Positions 18,385 through 27,514 of a stretch of 32,036 nucleotides of DNA are shown piece after piece. Under the pieces are notes generated by a model. It had not been told where the DNA came from. It did no database searches and worked only from the letters and a program-made list of their open reading frames with translations. The stretch is from a virus. Its lineage: Duplodnaviria > Caudoviricetes. Every line of letters begins with the position of its first letter. The first letter of the stretch is position 1. A program made the position numbers and the translations under genes. The stretch covers positions 1 to 32,036 of the IMG/VR virus record IMGVR_UViG_3300012940_000072; one strand, given 5' to 3'.

Positions 18385-18866
18385 TTCTTCCCGTATTTGA
18401 TGTAGTAGAGTCCGTGCCTGATTGCATCCCGTTCGTGGATCGTAAGTATATTTCCTTTGAAGTAGTGACTTCTTCCCTTCTTCTCGATGATACCCATTTG
18501 AACCATTACTTCATCAGAAAACCGTAACTTGTTTACCGGGTCTTGAAACACTATGGGAATGCCCCTGTCCCACAAACACATACGCAAATATCCGATAAGC
18601 TGCGGCGTATCCATAGAGGAACCGGACTGTTGCATAGCTTTATGTGCAAACAGACGGAAGGATTCGCAAACAACAATTTTAGGGAGGACTGTTAGCATTT
18701 CTTCGGCCACATCTTGCCAATAATTTTCTTGATACTTAAATTCTTCCGAACAAACCTTGCCTACATCGGTAAGTTTTCCGTTCGAAAACATTGCCCAACC
18801 AGTAATACCAAAACCTTCTCTATATCCGTAGTTTCCAGATGGATCAATAGCGAACACGTTTTCCAT
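18381..18866 (-). CDS. RuvC-like (RNase H fold) Holliday junction resolvase
   Basis: Start ATG 18866 with AGGAGG. Motifs FAIDPSG..TGWA, VVCESF and HERDAIRHGL. Confidence 0.75.
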   Translation of the reverse strand: MENVFAIDPSGNYGYREGFGITGWAMFSNGKLTDVGKVCSEEFKYQENYWQDVAEEMLTVLPKIVVCESFRLFAHKAMQQSGSSMDTPQLIGYLRMCLWDRGIPIVFQDPVNKLRFSDEVMVQMGIIEKKGRSHYFKGNILTIHERDAIRHGLYYIKYGKK

Positions 18867-19071
18867 GATAGTTCCTCCTGCCAACTGTTATAACAACCAT
18901 TGTGTCAATATCTTCTTTGTAGGAAGTAACCAGATAATATCCGTTTGGAAATCTCCAATGTACTTCTTTATCTTGCAGCGGCATCCTTCTGGCAAGCCTT
19001 TCGACTGTCAACTTGTCCAATCTGCGCGTCTTAATTCTGTCTAAAGAATGGTGCGAGAAAACAACGTTCAT
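18844..19071 (-). CDS. small DUF4258/RelE-like (BECR fold) protein
   Basis: Start reassigned to ATG 19071 (SD GGGAGG). MNVVFSHHSLDRIKTR...MVVITV fits the 'F-S-x-H-x-x-x-R...VITV' pattern. Confidence 0.55.
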   Translation of the reverse strand: MNVVFSHHSLDRIKTRRLDKLTVERLARRMPLQDKEVHWRFPNGYYLVTSYKEDIDTMVVITVGRRNYHGKRVRY

Positions 19072-19097
19072 AATGTACAACCCCTCCCACATAAACT
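19068..19097 (+). promoter_or_regulatory. putative SigE-like (mother-cell sporulation) promoter
   Basis: TCATAAT (19068-19074), 15-bp spacer, CATAAACT (19090-19097) versus B. subtilis SigE consensus TCATATT-N15-CATACGAT; 16 bp upstream of the SD. Confidence 0.6.
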
Positions 19098-19126
19098 GAT
19101 ATATCAACGTGTTAGGAGGGCAGAAC

Positions 19127-20308
19127 GTGAGTATCTTAGGTGTCGTGGGAGCAACTATGTTGGCAAGTTCGTTAATTTCCGCCCCTATACTATCACCGAA
19201 TTTACGTACAAGACGTATGCTAAACAAGTACCTTATTTCCGTCAAATTAGAGAACGCTAGAATACTGAAAGCCACTTACAAATTCGCAAGAATCCTTGTT
19301 CCCTTGGGCATTACTAAAGAACAGTTTTATAAGAAGATGGAAGGATTGGAAATGGCTTTGCAGGTTCCTATTTCCATTAAACACGATTCCGGCAGAATAT
19401 TCAATATTAAAATTGCAGAAAAGCCATTAGGGGACGATATCCTTTATGACGAGATGCTTGTCACGAAGCCACTCGCCGTGCCACTTTGCACACCATTCGG
19501 TGAGACTATCTTCATGGACTTCTCCGATGAAGTATGTTGTCACCTTCTCATTGGTGGCGCGACACGAATGGGAAAGACTGTACTGCTCCGGTTGATCGTC
19601 ACACATATCCTCCGTAAAACGGAAGGTAAGGTTGCATTCGTCTTTCTCGACAACAAGATCACGGACTTGATGATGTTTACGAACATACCACAAATCACGA
19701 TTGGGGAAACCGTCTCTGACGCTATACAACTTTTGCGTAAAGTTACGTCTGAACTCGATATTAGAAAAGAGTTGGTCAAAAAATCCGGAAAGGTTGATGG
19801 TAGGCATTTAGAACCCCTCTTTGTGATCATTGATGAATACGGTCGATTCGCCGACGATAAAACTGTACAAGATATGGTTACAGTTATCGCCGAAACCGCA
19901 GGATACCTAAATATCCATCTGGTTATTGCCACGCAGCGCCCTGACGCGACCAGCGCGATCAAGCCCCGAATTAAAGCCAACTTGGTTACTCGCTTCGCCT
20001 TCACGACAGCCGATGAAGCTAACTCGCAGATAATATTAGGCACCGGGGATGCAGCACACCTTGGCCGGATTCAGGGAAGGGCAATCTTCATGGACGGATT
20101 TCCGAACACCGTCCAAGTGCCTTACATCTCAGCGGACTTCGCAAAGGAATTGGTGAAGCCTTATGTTATCGAACCGCGACAAACTGATAGTAGAGAAGTT
20201 GCAGCAGTTTCGAGTCCTGTCCCGCAAGCATTTGGAGCAGATGATTTTCACAGAATCCCGCAATCCACTCGTAATAGCAAATCGCGTTCTAAAAAGACTG
20301 GTACGTGA
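19127..20308 (+). CDS. FtsK/SpoIIIE-family DNA translocase / coupling ATPase
   Basis: Start GTG 19127 (AGGAGG at 19114-19119). Hydrophobic N-terminus, Walker A GGATRMGKT, Walker B VIIDEY, ATQRP and GRAI; no gamma domain apparent. Confidence 0.9.
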   Translation: MSILGVVGATMLASSLISAPILSPNLRTRRMLNKYLISVKLENARILKATYKFARILVPLGITKEQFYKKMEGLEMALQVPISIKHDSGRIFNIKIAEKPLGDDILYDEMLVTKPLAVPLCTPFGETIFMDFSDEVCCHLLIGGATRMGKTVLLRLIVTHILRKTEGKVAFVFLDNKITDLMMFTNIPQITIGETVSDAIQLLRKVTSELDIRKELVKKSGKVDGRHLEPLFVIIDEYGRFADDKTVQDMVTVIAETAGYLNIHLVIATQRPDATSAIKPRIKANLVTRFAFTTADEANSQIILGTGDAAHLGRIQGRAIFMDGFPNTVQVPYISADFAKELVKPYVIEPRQTDSREVAAVSSPVPQAFGADDFHRIPQSTRNSKSRSKKTGT

Positions 20309-20696
20309 TGATTACATTATACAGATACCGCAGCCAAGAGATAAGCCGTACCTTTATATGCCTAACCCGACAATCATCCCGCCATCCTCTGGCCGCTTGC
20401 TTCACTTCTTGGGGATCGCTGACGTGTACATTTCCTTGGAACAGCCGCCTGTGTTTGTGGTCGAACCGGACATGTCGAAGGAATACAGGCCCGATGCTTA
20501 CGTTCGGTTGAAGAATGGGGCTACGGCGGTAGTGGAGTACCAGCGTAGCCGCATTTCAACACCGAAGATGCAGGAAAAGGTAGATCAGTTCGCTAGGTTC
20601 GGGAAGGTGAAGACGATGCTAGTTTACACGTATCGGCCCTACGAACTAAACGTACCTACTGGCTTTCATGTTGTTCAGAAGAAGATCATTTCTTAA
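20163..20696 (+). CDS. replication-relaxation (Replic_Relax) family protein
   Basis: Winged-helix N-terminus (RDKLIVEKLQQFRVLSRKHL..ANRVLKRL), HFLGIADVY, RPDAY..VEYQRS; overlaps the FtsK gene by 146 nt. Confidence 0.85.
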   Translation: MLSNRDKLIVEKLQQFRVLSRKHLEQMIFTESRNPLVIANRVLKRLVRDDYIIQIPQPRDKPYLYMPNPTIIPPSSGRLLHFLGIADVYISLEQPPVFVVEPDMSKEYRPDAYVRLKNGATAVVEYQRSRISTPKMQEKVDQFARFGKVKTMLVYTYRPYELNVPTGFHVVQKKIIS

Positions 20697-20769
20697 ACAG
20701 TAATGAAAAGGCACATGCTAATCCGATGTAAACGATAATCAGCCCTCCAAGAAGTATAAAAGGTTCCAT
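20686..20769 (-). CDS. 27-aa single-TM micro-peptide
   Basis: MEPFILLGGLIIVYIGLACAFSLLFKK*; its ATG overlaps the dUTPase stop (TGATG). Confidence 0.55.
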   Translation of the reverse strand: MEPFILLGGLIIVYIGLACAFSLLFKK

Positions 20770-21269
20770 CAGTAACCACTGGCTTGCCGCTGGTGGTTTT
20801 CTTTGTTTTTCTTCTCGTAGGCCGTTATGATTGAGTCCCATTTCAGGCCGTTCTTGTACCCGAAGTCAAGGAACGCCATGAATGCGAATCCGAAGTGTCG
20901 AACGTCGAAGTACATGTTGCTGGTCAACTTCATGATTTCAGCGAACATTACCGTGTTGTCAACCTTGTCAAAATCGATGGAATCGTCGTTCGGATAGCTT
21001 GGCACAAAATCTTGTGCTTCGATCAATATTCCGATGGAAAGGAAGAAGTGCAGCGCATCTACGTACTCGTCCAGAACACGGTCGCTTGGCCCCTTGTTTG
21101 ACCAGTATTTGAAGAAACGCATTTCATTTGCCAGTTCACACAACTCGACTTGCAGGGCGACGACCTTTTTATGGTACAGTTCTTCGACATGCTCGACGCT
21201 GTGATTCTTGATGATTTCAGCGTCCAACTTCTCCTGCATGTTGTACAACCGGGTAAGCAGCAGCTTCAT
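20769..21269 (-). CDS. dut: dimeric (all-alpha) dUTPase
   Basis: ALQVELCELANEMRFFKYWS, LDEYVDALHFFLSIG, YEKKNKENHQRQASGY. Confidence 0.9.
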   Translation of the reverse strand: MKLLLTRLYNMQEKLDAEIIKNHSVEHVEELYHKKVVALQVELCELANEMRFFKYWSNKGPSDRVLDEYVDALHFFLSIGILIEAQDFVPSYPNDDSIDFDKVDNTVMFAEIMKLTSNMYFDVRHFGFAFMAFLDFGYKNGLKWDSIITAYEKKNKENHQRQASGY

Positions 21270-21613
21270 AAGTTTATCATCCCCTTGGTGATTTTCAAAA
21301 GCCTAGCGTAACCTCTATAATATTTGTTGTATGGAATCGCAATGTCGAAGTCTTCGGAAATATAAGGGAACTCCCTAATAACAACTTCAACAATATCTTC
21401 ATCGGCTAAGTATTCGTCAATTGCAGCCAACAATCTGTACTTCGCTGCATCCGGCGTTTTCCCTTTTTTCCTGAATTCTTCGAATTCTAAAGGCTTGTGT
21501 ATGTGAATGATGTCCCACGACTCCCTGTCTATCTTTGGCATCGAATACGATCTGCCCGCATTTGTTATGCGTACGCTTGGAAATTTCTTCAACATTTCTT
21601 TGAATTCGTTCAT
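21266..21613 (-). CDS. hypothetical protein
   Basis: Start reassigned to ATG 21613 (GGAGG; ATGA overlap with the upstream stop). Confidence 0.65.
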   Translation of the reverse strand: MNEFKEMLKKFPSVRITNAGRSYSMPKIDRESWDIIHIHKPLEFEEFRKKGKTPDAAKYRLLAAIDEYLADEDIVEVVIREFPYISEDFDIAIPYNKYYRGYARLLKITKGMINL

Positions 21614-21948
21614 TGCTCTGTTACCTCCATTCCCATCATATCCATAAGATACCGCCACTTCTCTTCGGTTGTGTGACCGTCCCAATTCGGCTCGATTCGC
21701 GGCAAATCTCCTACGTCGAAGTCGTCGGGGATGTGGAAAGTTACGGCACCGTCCCAAAAGCTAATTACACGATTCCAACCCGGCCATTCGCCGTGCATGT
21801 ACCATCCGGCGTTCGTCTTCACACCGCGTTCGTCTGCCCACTCATTCAACATAAAGCAACACAGCGCGGCCAGCATGTTCCTCTCCCAATACGCGCAATC
21901 CTTACCTTCCTTGTCGGTACGTTCTTCGCTCCAAACTTGAATTTTCAT
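21610..21948 (-). CDS. WDGH-motif phage protein of unknown function
   Basis: AYWERNMLAAL...VTFHIP...WDGHTTEEKW; translationally coupled on both sides. Confidence 0.65.
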   Translation of the reverse strand: MKIQVWSEERTDKEGKDCAYWERNMLAALCCFMLNEWADERGVKTNAGWYMHGEWPGWNRVISFWDGAVTFHIPDDFDVGDLPRIEPNWDGHTTEEKWRYLMDMMGMEVTEQ

Positions 21949-22265
21949 TCTGCTACCTCCCCCTCATTGAGATTATTTACCCGCTTCATATAAGTCAACT
22001 GTTCTGCAAACGTTGCGATCCGCTGATTCGGTTTGATTTCCGGCAAACTTCCGGTGCTGTATCCTTCTGGCACCGGGAATACCATCTCGCCTTGGATGGA
22101 AAGGTACTTCTGGCCGGATTCATCCTCATACCATCCACTCATAAGACGATTGTTTGCTAACGCTCCGTAAACTGCAAGCGTGTAGGAATTCCGCGTGCGG
22201 GCAAGATCGACAGCAAGCGCCCACGTTAGCCCGGAGACAACAGTTACGTTTTCAGGCTTATCCAT
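21945..22265 (-). CDS. hypothetical protein
   Basis: 106-aa ORF with SD AAGGTGA, tightly packed in the operon. Confidence 0.65.
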   Translation of the reverse strand: MDKPENVTVVSGLTWALAVDLARTRNSYTLAVYGALANNRLMSGWYEDESGQKYLSIQGEMVFPVPEGYSTGSLPEIKPNQRIATFAEQLTYMKRVNNLNEGEVAE

Positions 22266-22407
22266 TTCTCTTCACCTTCTTTGGGGGTAAAGTATACCCC
22301 ATACTTTTGACAATCTTTCTCACTTCATCGTCGGTTTCGATCAATTCGTATATTTTAGGCGACACGATCAGCGGCGGAATTTCTATCTTGATCTTGTGAT
22401 CAGGCAA
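22258..22407 (-). CDS. small hypothetical protein (49 aa)
   Basis: Start reassigned to TTG 22407 after AAGGAG; fills the gap downstream of the polymerase. Confidence 0.5.
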   Translation of the reverse strand: MPDHKIKIEIPPLIVSPKIYELIETDDEVRKIVKSMGYTLPPKKVKRNG

Positions 22408-24613
22408 CTTTCTTCTTCTCCTTCCAGTTTGTAGTGGAAATTGATGCTTCGGCGACAATCGGAACGTTCAGGATCGGTGTATCTTCGATGATCGCTTTGA
22501 TCTTGTCGATAACCCAATCTTCTCCGTCTGCAATGTCCATGATGATTTCATCGTGTATCGGATGGACAAGTCTTGATTGACAATTATTCTCTTCCAAGAA
22601 GTCATCTGCTTTGATCATCTTCCGCTTGAAGTCATCTGCCGTTCCGCCTTGGATCAAGTAGTTAGCGACTTTGTAGTGATTGAAACTCTTGTGAATGTGG
22701 TAAGATCGACCGTACAGATTAGGCAAGAATCCATCAATGTTCATCATCTGTACTACCCAATCGCTGTACGTAACCAACATCGGGAATGCTTCTTCAAAAC
22801 CAACATTGAGGGCCTTGGCATTGTCCAGCGAAATCTCCAACGCTTCTGCTGCCTTGGCTGGCCCACCGCCGTAGAACTTCAAGAAGTTGTAACGCTTGCC
22901 CTTCTGCCGCCAGTAGTCGAACACCGCTTTGGATATCTCCGAAGGATCGTGGCCCATTGCAGGCAACGCTTTGATAGTGGTCGAACTATGAACGTCTGTC
23001 GGTGTCCAAGGACATACCCACTCGCCGCCATTCACAGTGTCTAATTGAACCTCTTCCAATAACCAAGCCGATGTTTTCCCGTCCTCCTGCTTCTCATTCC
23101 AACGCAAGATGTGATCGCGTTTGTACGGATCGTACTTCTCGCCTGTTTTGTAATGCTTACACTTGAACGGCATGTAGGCGCGGCAAAGGTTCAAGTCGCC
23201 GCCGAATTTCAGCGTGTAGTGTGCGCCCCAACGTAACTCGTACTGCGACACGTCGATGAACGCCAGTTTCTTGTAGATGCCGCCCGACACCAGAATGGAT
23301 TTCCTTGGATCGTAGAGGATATACTCTTCTGGAATCGGATCGCTTGGATGTTCTTCCGTGAACAAAGTTCCTTCGATGGTTAGCAGCGCATCCTTGGGCA
23401 TCTGTTGGCAATCACCAGAAAATCGTCCGGTGACAGGGTTGTAAGGGTTAAGACTTGGATAGTAACGACCGTCGAACTCAGATTCATCGAGTATTCGGTT
23501 AATGTAAGTGGAGAGCCACTTTTCGCACGTTCGAAGCTTGGAAATAATTCTAGCAAGTTCGTCACCTTCTCTTGCCTGTTTTTGAAGATACGGCTTATCG
23601 GTACTATCCGGCCTTACGCCTGTGCGTTCTTCGTACATATCCTTGATTAGTTTGTGCTGTCCTACCTTGAACTTTCTTCCAGCCAATTCGTGTGCCTTGA
23701 TCGTAAGTTCCCGAATGTACGCTTCCAACTTCCGCCTGCTTTCCAGCAAGTACGGTCGATCCGGTGTGAATCCTGCGCGTACCATTTTGAACACCTTCGG
23801 CAGCAGCTTACATTCCATGTCGAATGTCTCGATGTGCTTTTTCATTACCATAACAGGCAACGATCTGCCAACCAAAATGTCACATAGAATTACGTCAACT
23901 GCCAGATAAGGCAGCATCAATTCCAGCGGAACGTCTTGGTACGTGGGTTCAGGGTATTCCTTTTTCCACTGCTCGTATAAATCAACGACTTCTTGCGGTA
24001 ATTCGATCTTGTCGGCTACGCAGGCATCGAACCATTTACGCGTGTACTTTTTGGATCGCAGCAGCGCCGTAAGAATGGAATTGTTGGCCGACTTTCTCTT
24101 CCGCAACCAATCCTTGACCGCATCTTCAAAACGACCAGCCTTCGGATCGATGTACTTCTTACCAATCGGTTTGAGGGACAATGAATCTCCACCTTCACGC
24201 GGGGAGATGGATTCGAAGGTAAGCCTTGCATTGCACATCGAGTCGGCCCAATTCTTGACGGACTTTACTGCTTCATCTCCGATAACATTCGCCGTCATAC
24301 ACATATCAAAAATTGCGTTATGTGCATAGAATTTCTTAGCGTATTTCGACAATTCCACAATCGCTAAAAGGTTAGTTTTAGTCGGCTTGAATACATACGC
24401 TGTCCGATCAAAGCAAACCGCTGCGTAGAATGGTTTATCTTTCTTCAAGTGCAGGCCCGTTGTTTCCGTATCGTACGTGATCCAACGCAGGGTCTTGCTC
24501 TTGGCTACATCCACAATATCCCAAAGATCGTCCACGTAGATAACTTTGTATTCGATGTCTGCGACTACAATTATTTCTGGTGCCACTGGTGAGTCCATGA
24601 CCAATGTGTCCAC
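22400..24613 (-). CDS. polA: family A DNA polymerase with 3'-5' exonuclease
   Basis: Exo motifs YDTETTGL, HNAIFD, YLAVD; polymerase motifs TGRFS, A (IDVSQYELR), B (RQKGKRYNFLKFYGGG), NYLIQG and C (IHDEI). Confidence 0.95.
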   Translation of the reverse strand: MDTLVMDSPVAPEIIVVADIEYKVIYVDDLWDIVDVAKSKTLRWITYDTETTGLHLKKDKPFYAAVCFDRTAYVFKPTKTNLLAIVELSKYAKKFYAHNAIFDMCMTANVIGDEAVKSVKNWADSMCNARLTFESISPREGGDSLSLKPIGKKYIDPKAGRFEDAVKDWLRKRKSANNSILTALLRSKKYTRKWFDACVADKIELPQEVVDLYEQWKKEYPEPTYQDVPLELMLPYLAVDVILCDILVGRSLPVMVMKKHIETFDMECKLLPKVFKMVRAGFTPDRPYLLESRRKLEAYIRELTIKAHELAGRKFKVGQHKLIKDMYEERTGVRPDSTDKPYLQKQAREGDELARIISKLRTCEKWLSTYINRILDESEFDGRYYPSLNPYNPVTGRFSGDCQQMPKDALLTIEGTLFTEEHPSDPIPEEYILYDPRKSILVSGGIYKKLAFIDVSQYELRWGAHYTLKFGGDLNLCRAYMPFKCKHYKTGEKYDPYKRDHILRWNEKQEDGKTSAWLLEEVQLDTVNGGEWVCPWTPTDVHSSTTIKALPAMGHDPSEISKAVFDYWRQKGKRYNFLKFYGGGPAKAAEALEISLDNAKALNVGFEEAFPMLVTYSDWVVQMMNIDGFLPNLYGRSYHIHKSFNHYKVANYLIQGGTADDFKRKMIKADDFLEENNCQSRLVHPIHDEIIMDIADGEDWVIDKIKAIIEDTPILNVPIVAEASISTTNWKEKKKVA

Positions 24614-27490
24614 CTATATTCCCGCCTTTCCTTCATCGGTTACTGGTGACATCTCAAAGTCACCATGATGTGCGCGATAGTAGTCCAAAGCCTTCTGCAA
24701 TCGTGCTGTCGGGTAGATGTTATTTTGTGTCATACGGACTAGGTAATTCTGCGATAAGTGTGAAATCAACATGCGTACATCTTCTGTCTTTTTGTCCGGG
24801 GCTGAGTATTCAAGTTGCTTGAACGAACAGTATCCGTCCGGGCTTTCAATTAGTGTTCGAATTATCGGCTTAAACCTTACAATCAGACGGCCAACCAATT
24901 CGTTCGTTGCTTCGTTGGTTTCCTCATATAGACGGTGCATGGCAACGAACTTATCCAGCTTAAATGTCGGGTTAATGTAACACTTCAATAGGTAATTCTT
25001 CACAAACTCGACATGCTCTTTGGTTACCAAGATGCACTCTCCGTCTTCGGTCGCGCTGTAGGTTGCCCCGGCGCAGGCTACGGAAAGACGTGCAATCTTC
25101 TTCCACGCTTCAAGTCCGAAAATCTTGATATGTGTGTCGTATTTCTCGTTCAGGGCATCGGCAGTTTGCTTGACAAATTTCTCTACCCCGCTTTCCCATT
25201 TAATCTGGTCCTGTTTACGGCTCCAAACCCAATATATAAGATTACGGTAATCTTCGCGGCTATGCGGTGTACAGTCTTCTGTCTCCATCCAATCATTGTT
25301 CAACGTGTCCTTCTTGGTTACGATCAGTATAGCGTCGAAACGTCGAATGTCTTCGTCCTTGCCGATCAATTCCCGCACAATGTCGGTACCGTACGCATAA
25401 CTGTCGATTGGCCGTTCACGATTCCCGTCACTTCTTGGGTTAGACAGCCAGAACATTCGGGTCTTTGCTGGTGCTGTGCTTCCGTGTGTGCCCATCTTTT
25501 CAAGTCTTGCCAAGCCGGATGACCGCATGTCGGTAAGTGCAGCAAGCACTTCCTTGCTGGCCCCTCCAAGTTCGTCCAAGGTGAGGAAGCCTTTGTGATT
25601 CCTTGGGATGGTGCCCCATTTGACCTTTAGAGAACCGTTAGGTAATTTATCGACACCGCCAAGCAGAGATGCGCGGCTGGCTTCTTTCAATACTGTAATG
25701 TTACCTATTCCAACATAGTTGATGAAACTCGTAGCTGCTTCGGACTTACCAACACCTGACTCTCCAATGATCAAAAATTCGCCATAACCTTTGTCGATTG
25801 GCGAATTCGCAAAAATGAATGATAGCGGTGAGTGCATAGCCAAGTCGAGCGTATGCGTGATCATTGGCACCGGATTCATGAACGGCTGATTAATGATTTC
25901 CTTCATCCGCTTGGCCCGGTCACGCATCGATTCTTCCACTGTCCGCAACCGGAACGTTTTGGCTAATCTTTGGTTAATCTCTGGTGTCATTCGGAAAGTG
26001 TTGAGGGCGTTGTCGGATTCTTCAACTCTATCCACGACCATGTAAACGCGGTTACCGTCTAACGGATGTGCGCAGCTTCGGAAGTAAGTACGATAGCGGG
26101 AACCTTCTTGCATGTTCAAGTCACCTATGATATACGCTTGCTGCTCTGCCGCTTGGTAACCGTCAACATCTTGCTCTGTTGCAACGTCTGGACTAAATAC
26201 CGCCTTATGAACTTTGGTTCGACTTACAATGTTATGACGACCAGCCGGACAATCTTTTGGAAATCCAATGAACTGTTCTCTAATCGCCTTAACCACTTTC
26301 ACATCGTTTTGTTCTACGATATAAAGCAGGTCTTTAAGATTTTTGTCGCCCAATGACCATGTTCCGTGTTGTTTATACAATGGGCATCCAATACATTGCG
26401 GCGGCACGGCATCTGGCGGCGCGTTTTGCAGGCATTCCCAATTCACGACGTTTGGTATTCGCATATCCATATCGTACTTGCCGGAAAACAGAACTCTTGT
26501 CGATAGTCTTTTGTTTTCATTATTACTATTGGCTACGTGCCAAAGATTAACCAAAGGATAGATTTTGTTTTTATCTTCCAGATACATGTCTTCGTTGTAA
26601 TCCGTTGCAGCCATCATCAAGGATTCGAATTCTTCAACTGTCTTACCAACTTTAGTGAAGAAGTCTGTAACGTCCTTGGAATCAGGAGTGCCGGGTAATC
26701 CAAGGTTTATGAACTTTGGTTTTACGCCTGATTCGCGCAACGCGTGTGCGACTTTCCGTGAACCTTTACTTCCGGCCTTGTCACAATCGTAGCAGATATA
26801 AACCTCACGATTCTTGAAGTAACTGACGAATATCTTCGGGAATTGACCTTCGCCGCCTGTTGTCGTAATTGCATTGAATCCTTTGGATCGGAGAAGTAGG
26901 CAATCATTTTCTCCTGCACAAATGATCGTCGGACGTTTATCCAGCCGCCATTTGTCGAACGGAAATAAGGAAACTTTTGCATTAGATTGGGACCGCATCT
27001 TCGGCGTTCCGCCCGGCGTGTACTCGCGAACGTCTACCAAAGTGTCAAATACGATGATGGGATAGAGGATACCGCCGCCTGCATAACCAAGCTGATATTC
27101 CTTGGCTACTTTGGCCGAAATCCCCCTACTGAAAAGGTAGTCAAGAAGGGTCTTATTCTCTTGTAGCATGTTAACAGGACGTTCCCATTGCTTTAGGCTG
27201 TGTCCTGCGATACCGTCAACTTGTCCGATAAGTTCTACGGCTTCTAGGTACGGAACGTTCAGTACCTTGGACGCGAAACTTACTTCCGAAAAGCCGCTTT
27301 CCCGTCCTTCTGCCTGACATGTGAAGCAAATGAAAACATTTTTCTTTTCATTTATCCACGCGCTAGGCCGGGTTTCATAACCCTTGTCGTGAAGGAACGG
27401 GCAACATACGCCAATTTCGCCGTCATCATTCGGCTCGTATGCTTCACCACGATCCGTGAAAAAGTTTTCAAAGAACTGACCTTCGCGCAA
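24614..27490 (-). CDS. primase-helicase fusion: Zn finger + TOPRIM + MCM-like AAA+ helicase
   Basis: Start probably TTG 27490 (AGGAGG 9 nt upstream). CCPFLHD..CFTC; CAGEND..CYDCD; IGESGVGKS; LTLDE; SNP; DIRRFD. Confidence 0.85.
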   Translation of the reverse strand: MREGQFFENFFTDRGEAYEPNDDGEIGVCCPFLHDKGYETRPSAWINEKKNVFICFTCQAEGRESGFSEVSFASKVLNVPYLEAVELIGQVDGIAGHSLKQWERPVNMLQENKTLLDYLFSRGISAKVAKEYQLGYAGGGILYPIIVFDTLVDVREYTPGGTPKMRSQSNAKVSLFPFDKWRLDKRPTIICAGENDCLLLRSKGFNAITTTGGEGQFPKIFVSYFKNREVYICYDCDKAGSKGSRKVAHALRESGVKPKFINLGLPGTPDSKDVTDFFTKVGKTVEEFESLMMAATDYNEDMYLEDKNKIYPLVNLWHVANSNNENKRLSTRVLFSGKYDMDMRIPNVVNWECLQNAPPDAVPPQCIGCPLYKQHGTWSLGDKNLKDLLYIVEQNDVKVVKAIREQFIGFPKDCPAGRHNIVSRTKVHKAVFSPDVATEQDVDGYQAAEQQAYIIGDLNMQEGSRYRTYFRSCAHPLDGNRVYMVVDRVEESDNALNTFRMTPEINQRLAKTFRLRTVEESMRDRAKRMKEIINQPFMNPVPMITHTLDLAMHSPLSFIFANSPIDKGYGEFLIIGESGVGKSEAATSFINYVGIGNITVLKEASRASLLGGVDKLPNGSLKVKWGTIPRNHKGFLTLDELGGASKEVLAALTDMRSSGLARLEKMGTHGSTAPAKTRMFWLSNPRSDGNRERPIDSYAYGTDIVRELIGKDEDIRRFDAILIVTKKDTLNNDWMETEDCTPHSREDYRNLIYWVWSRKQDQIKWESGVEKFVKQTADALNEKYDTHIKIFGLEAWKKIARLSVACAGATYSATEDGECILVTKEHVEFVKNYLLKCYINPTFKLDKFVAMHRLYEETNEATNELVGRLIVRFKPIIRTLIESPDGYCSFKQLEYSAPDKKTEDVRMLISHLSQNYLVRMTQNNIYPTARLQKALDYYRAHHGDFEMSPVTDEGKAGI

Positions 27491-27514
27491 CGCGACCAAC
27501 CTCCTGTCCCCGAA

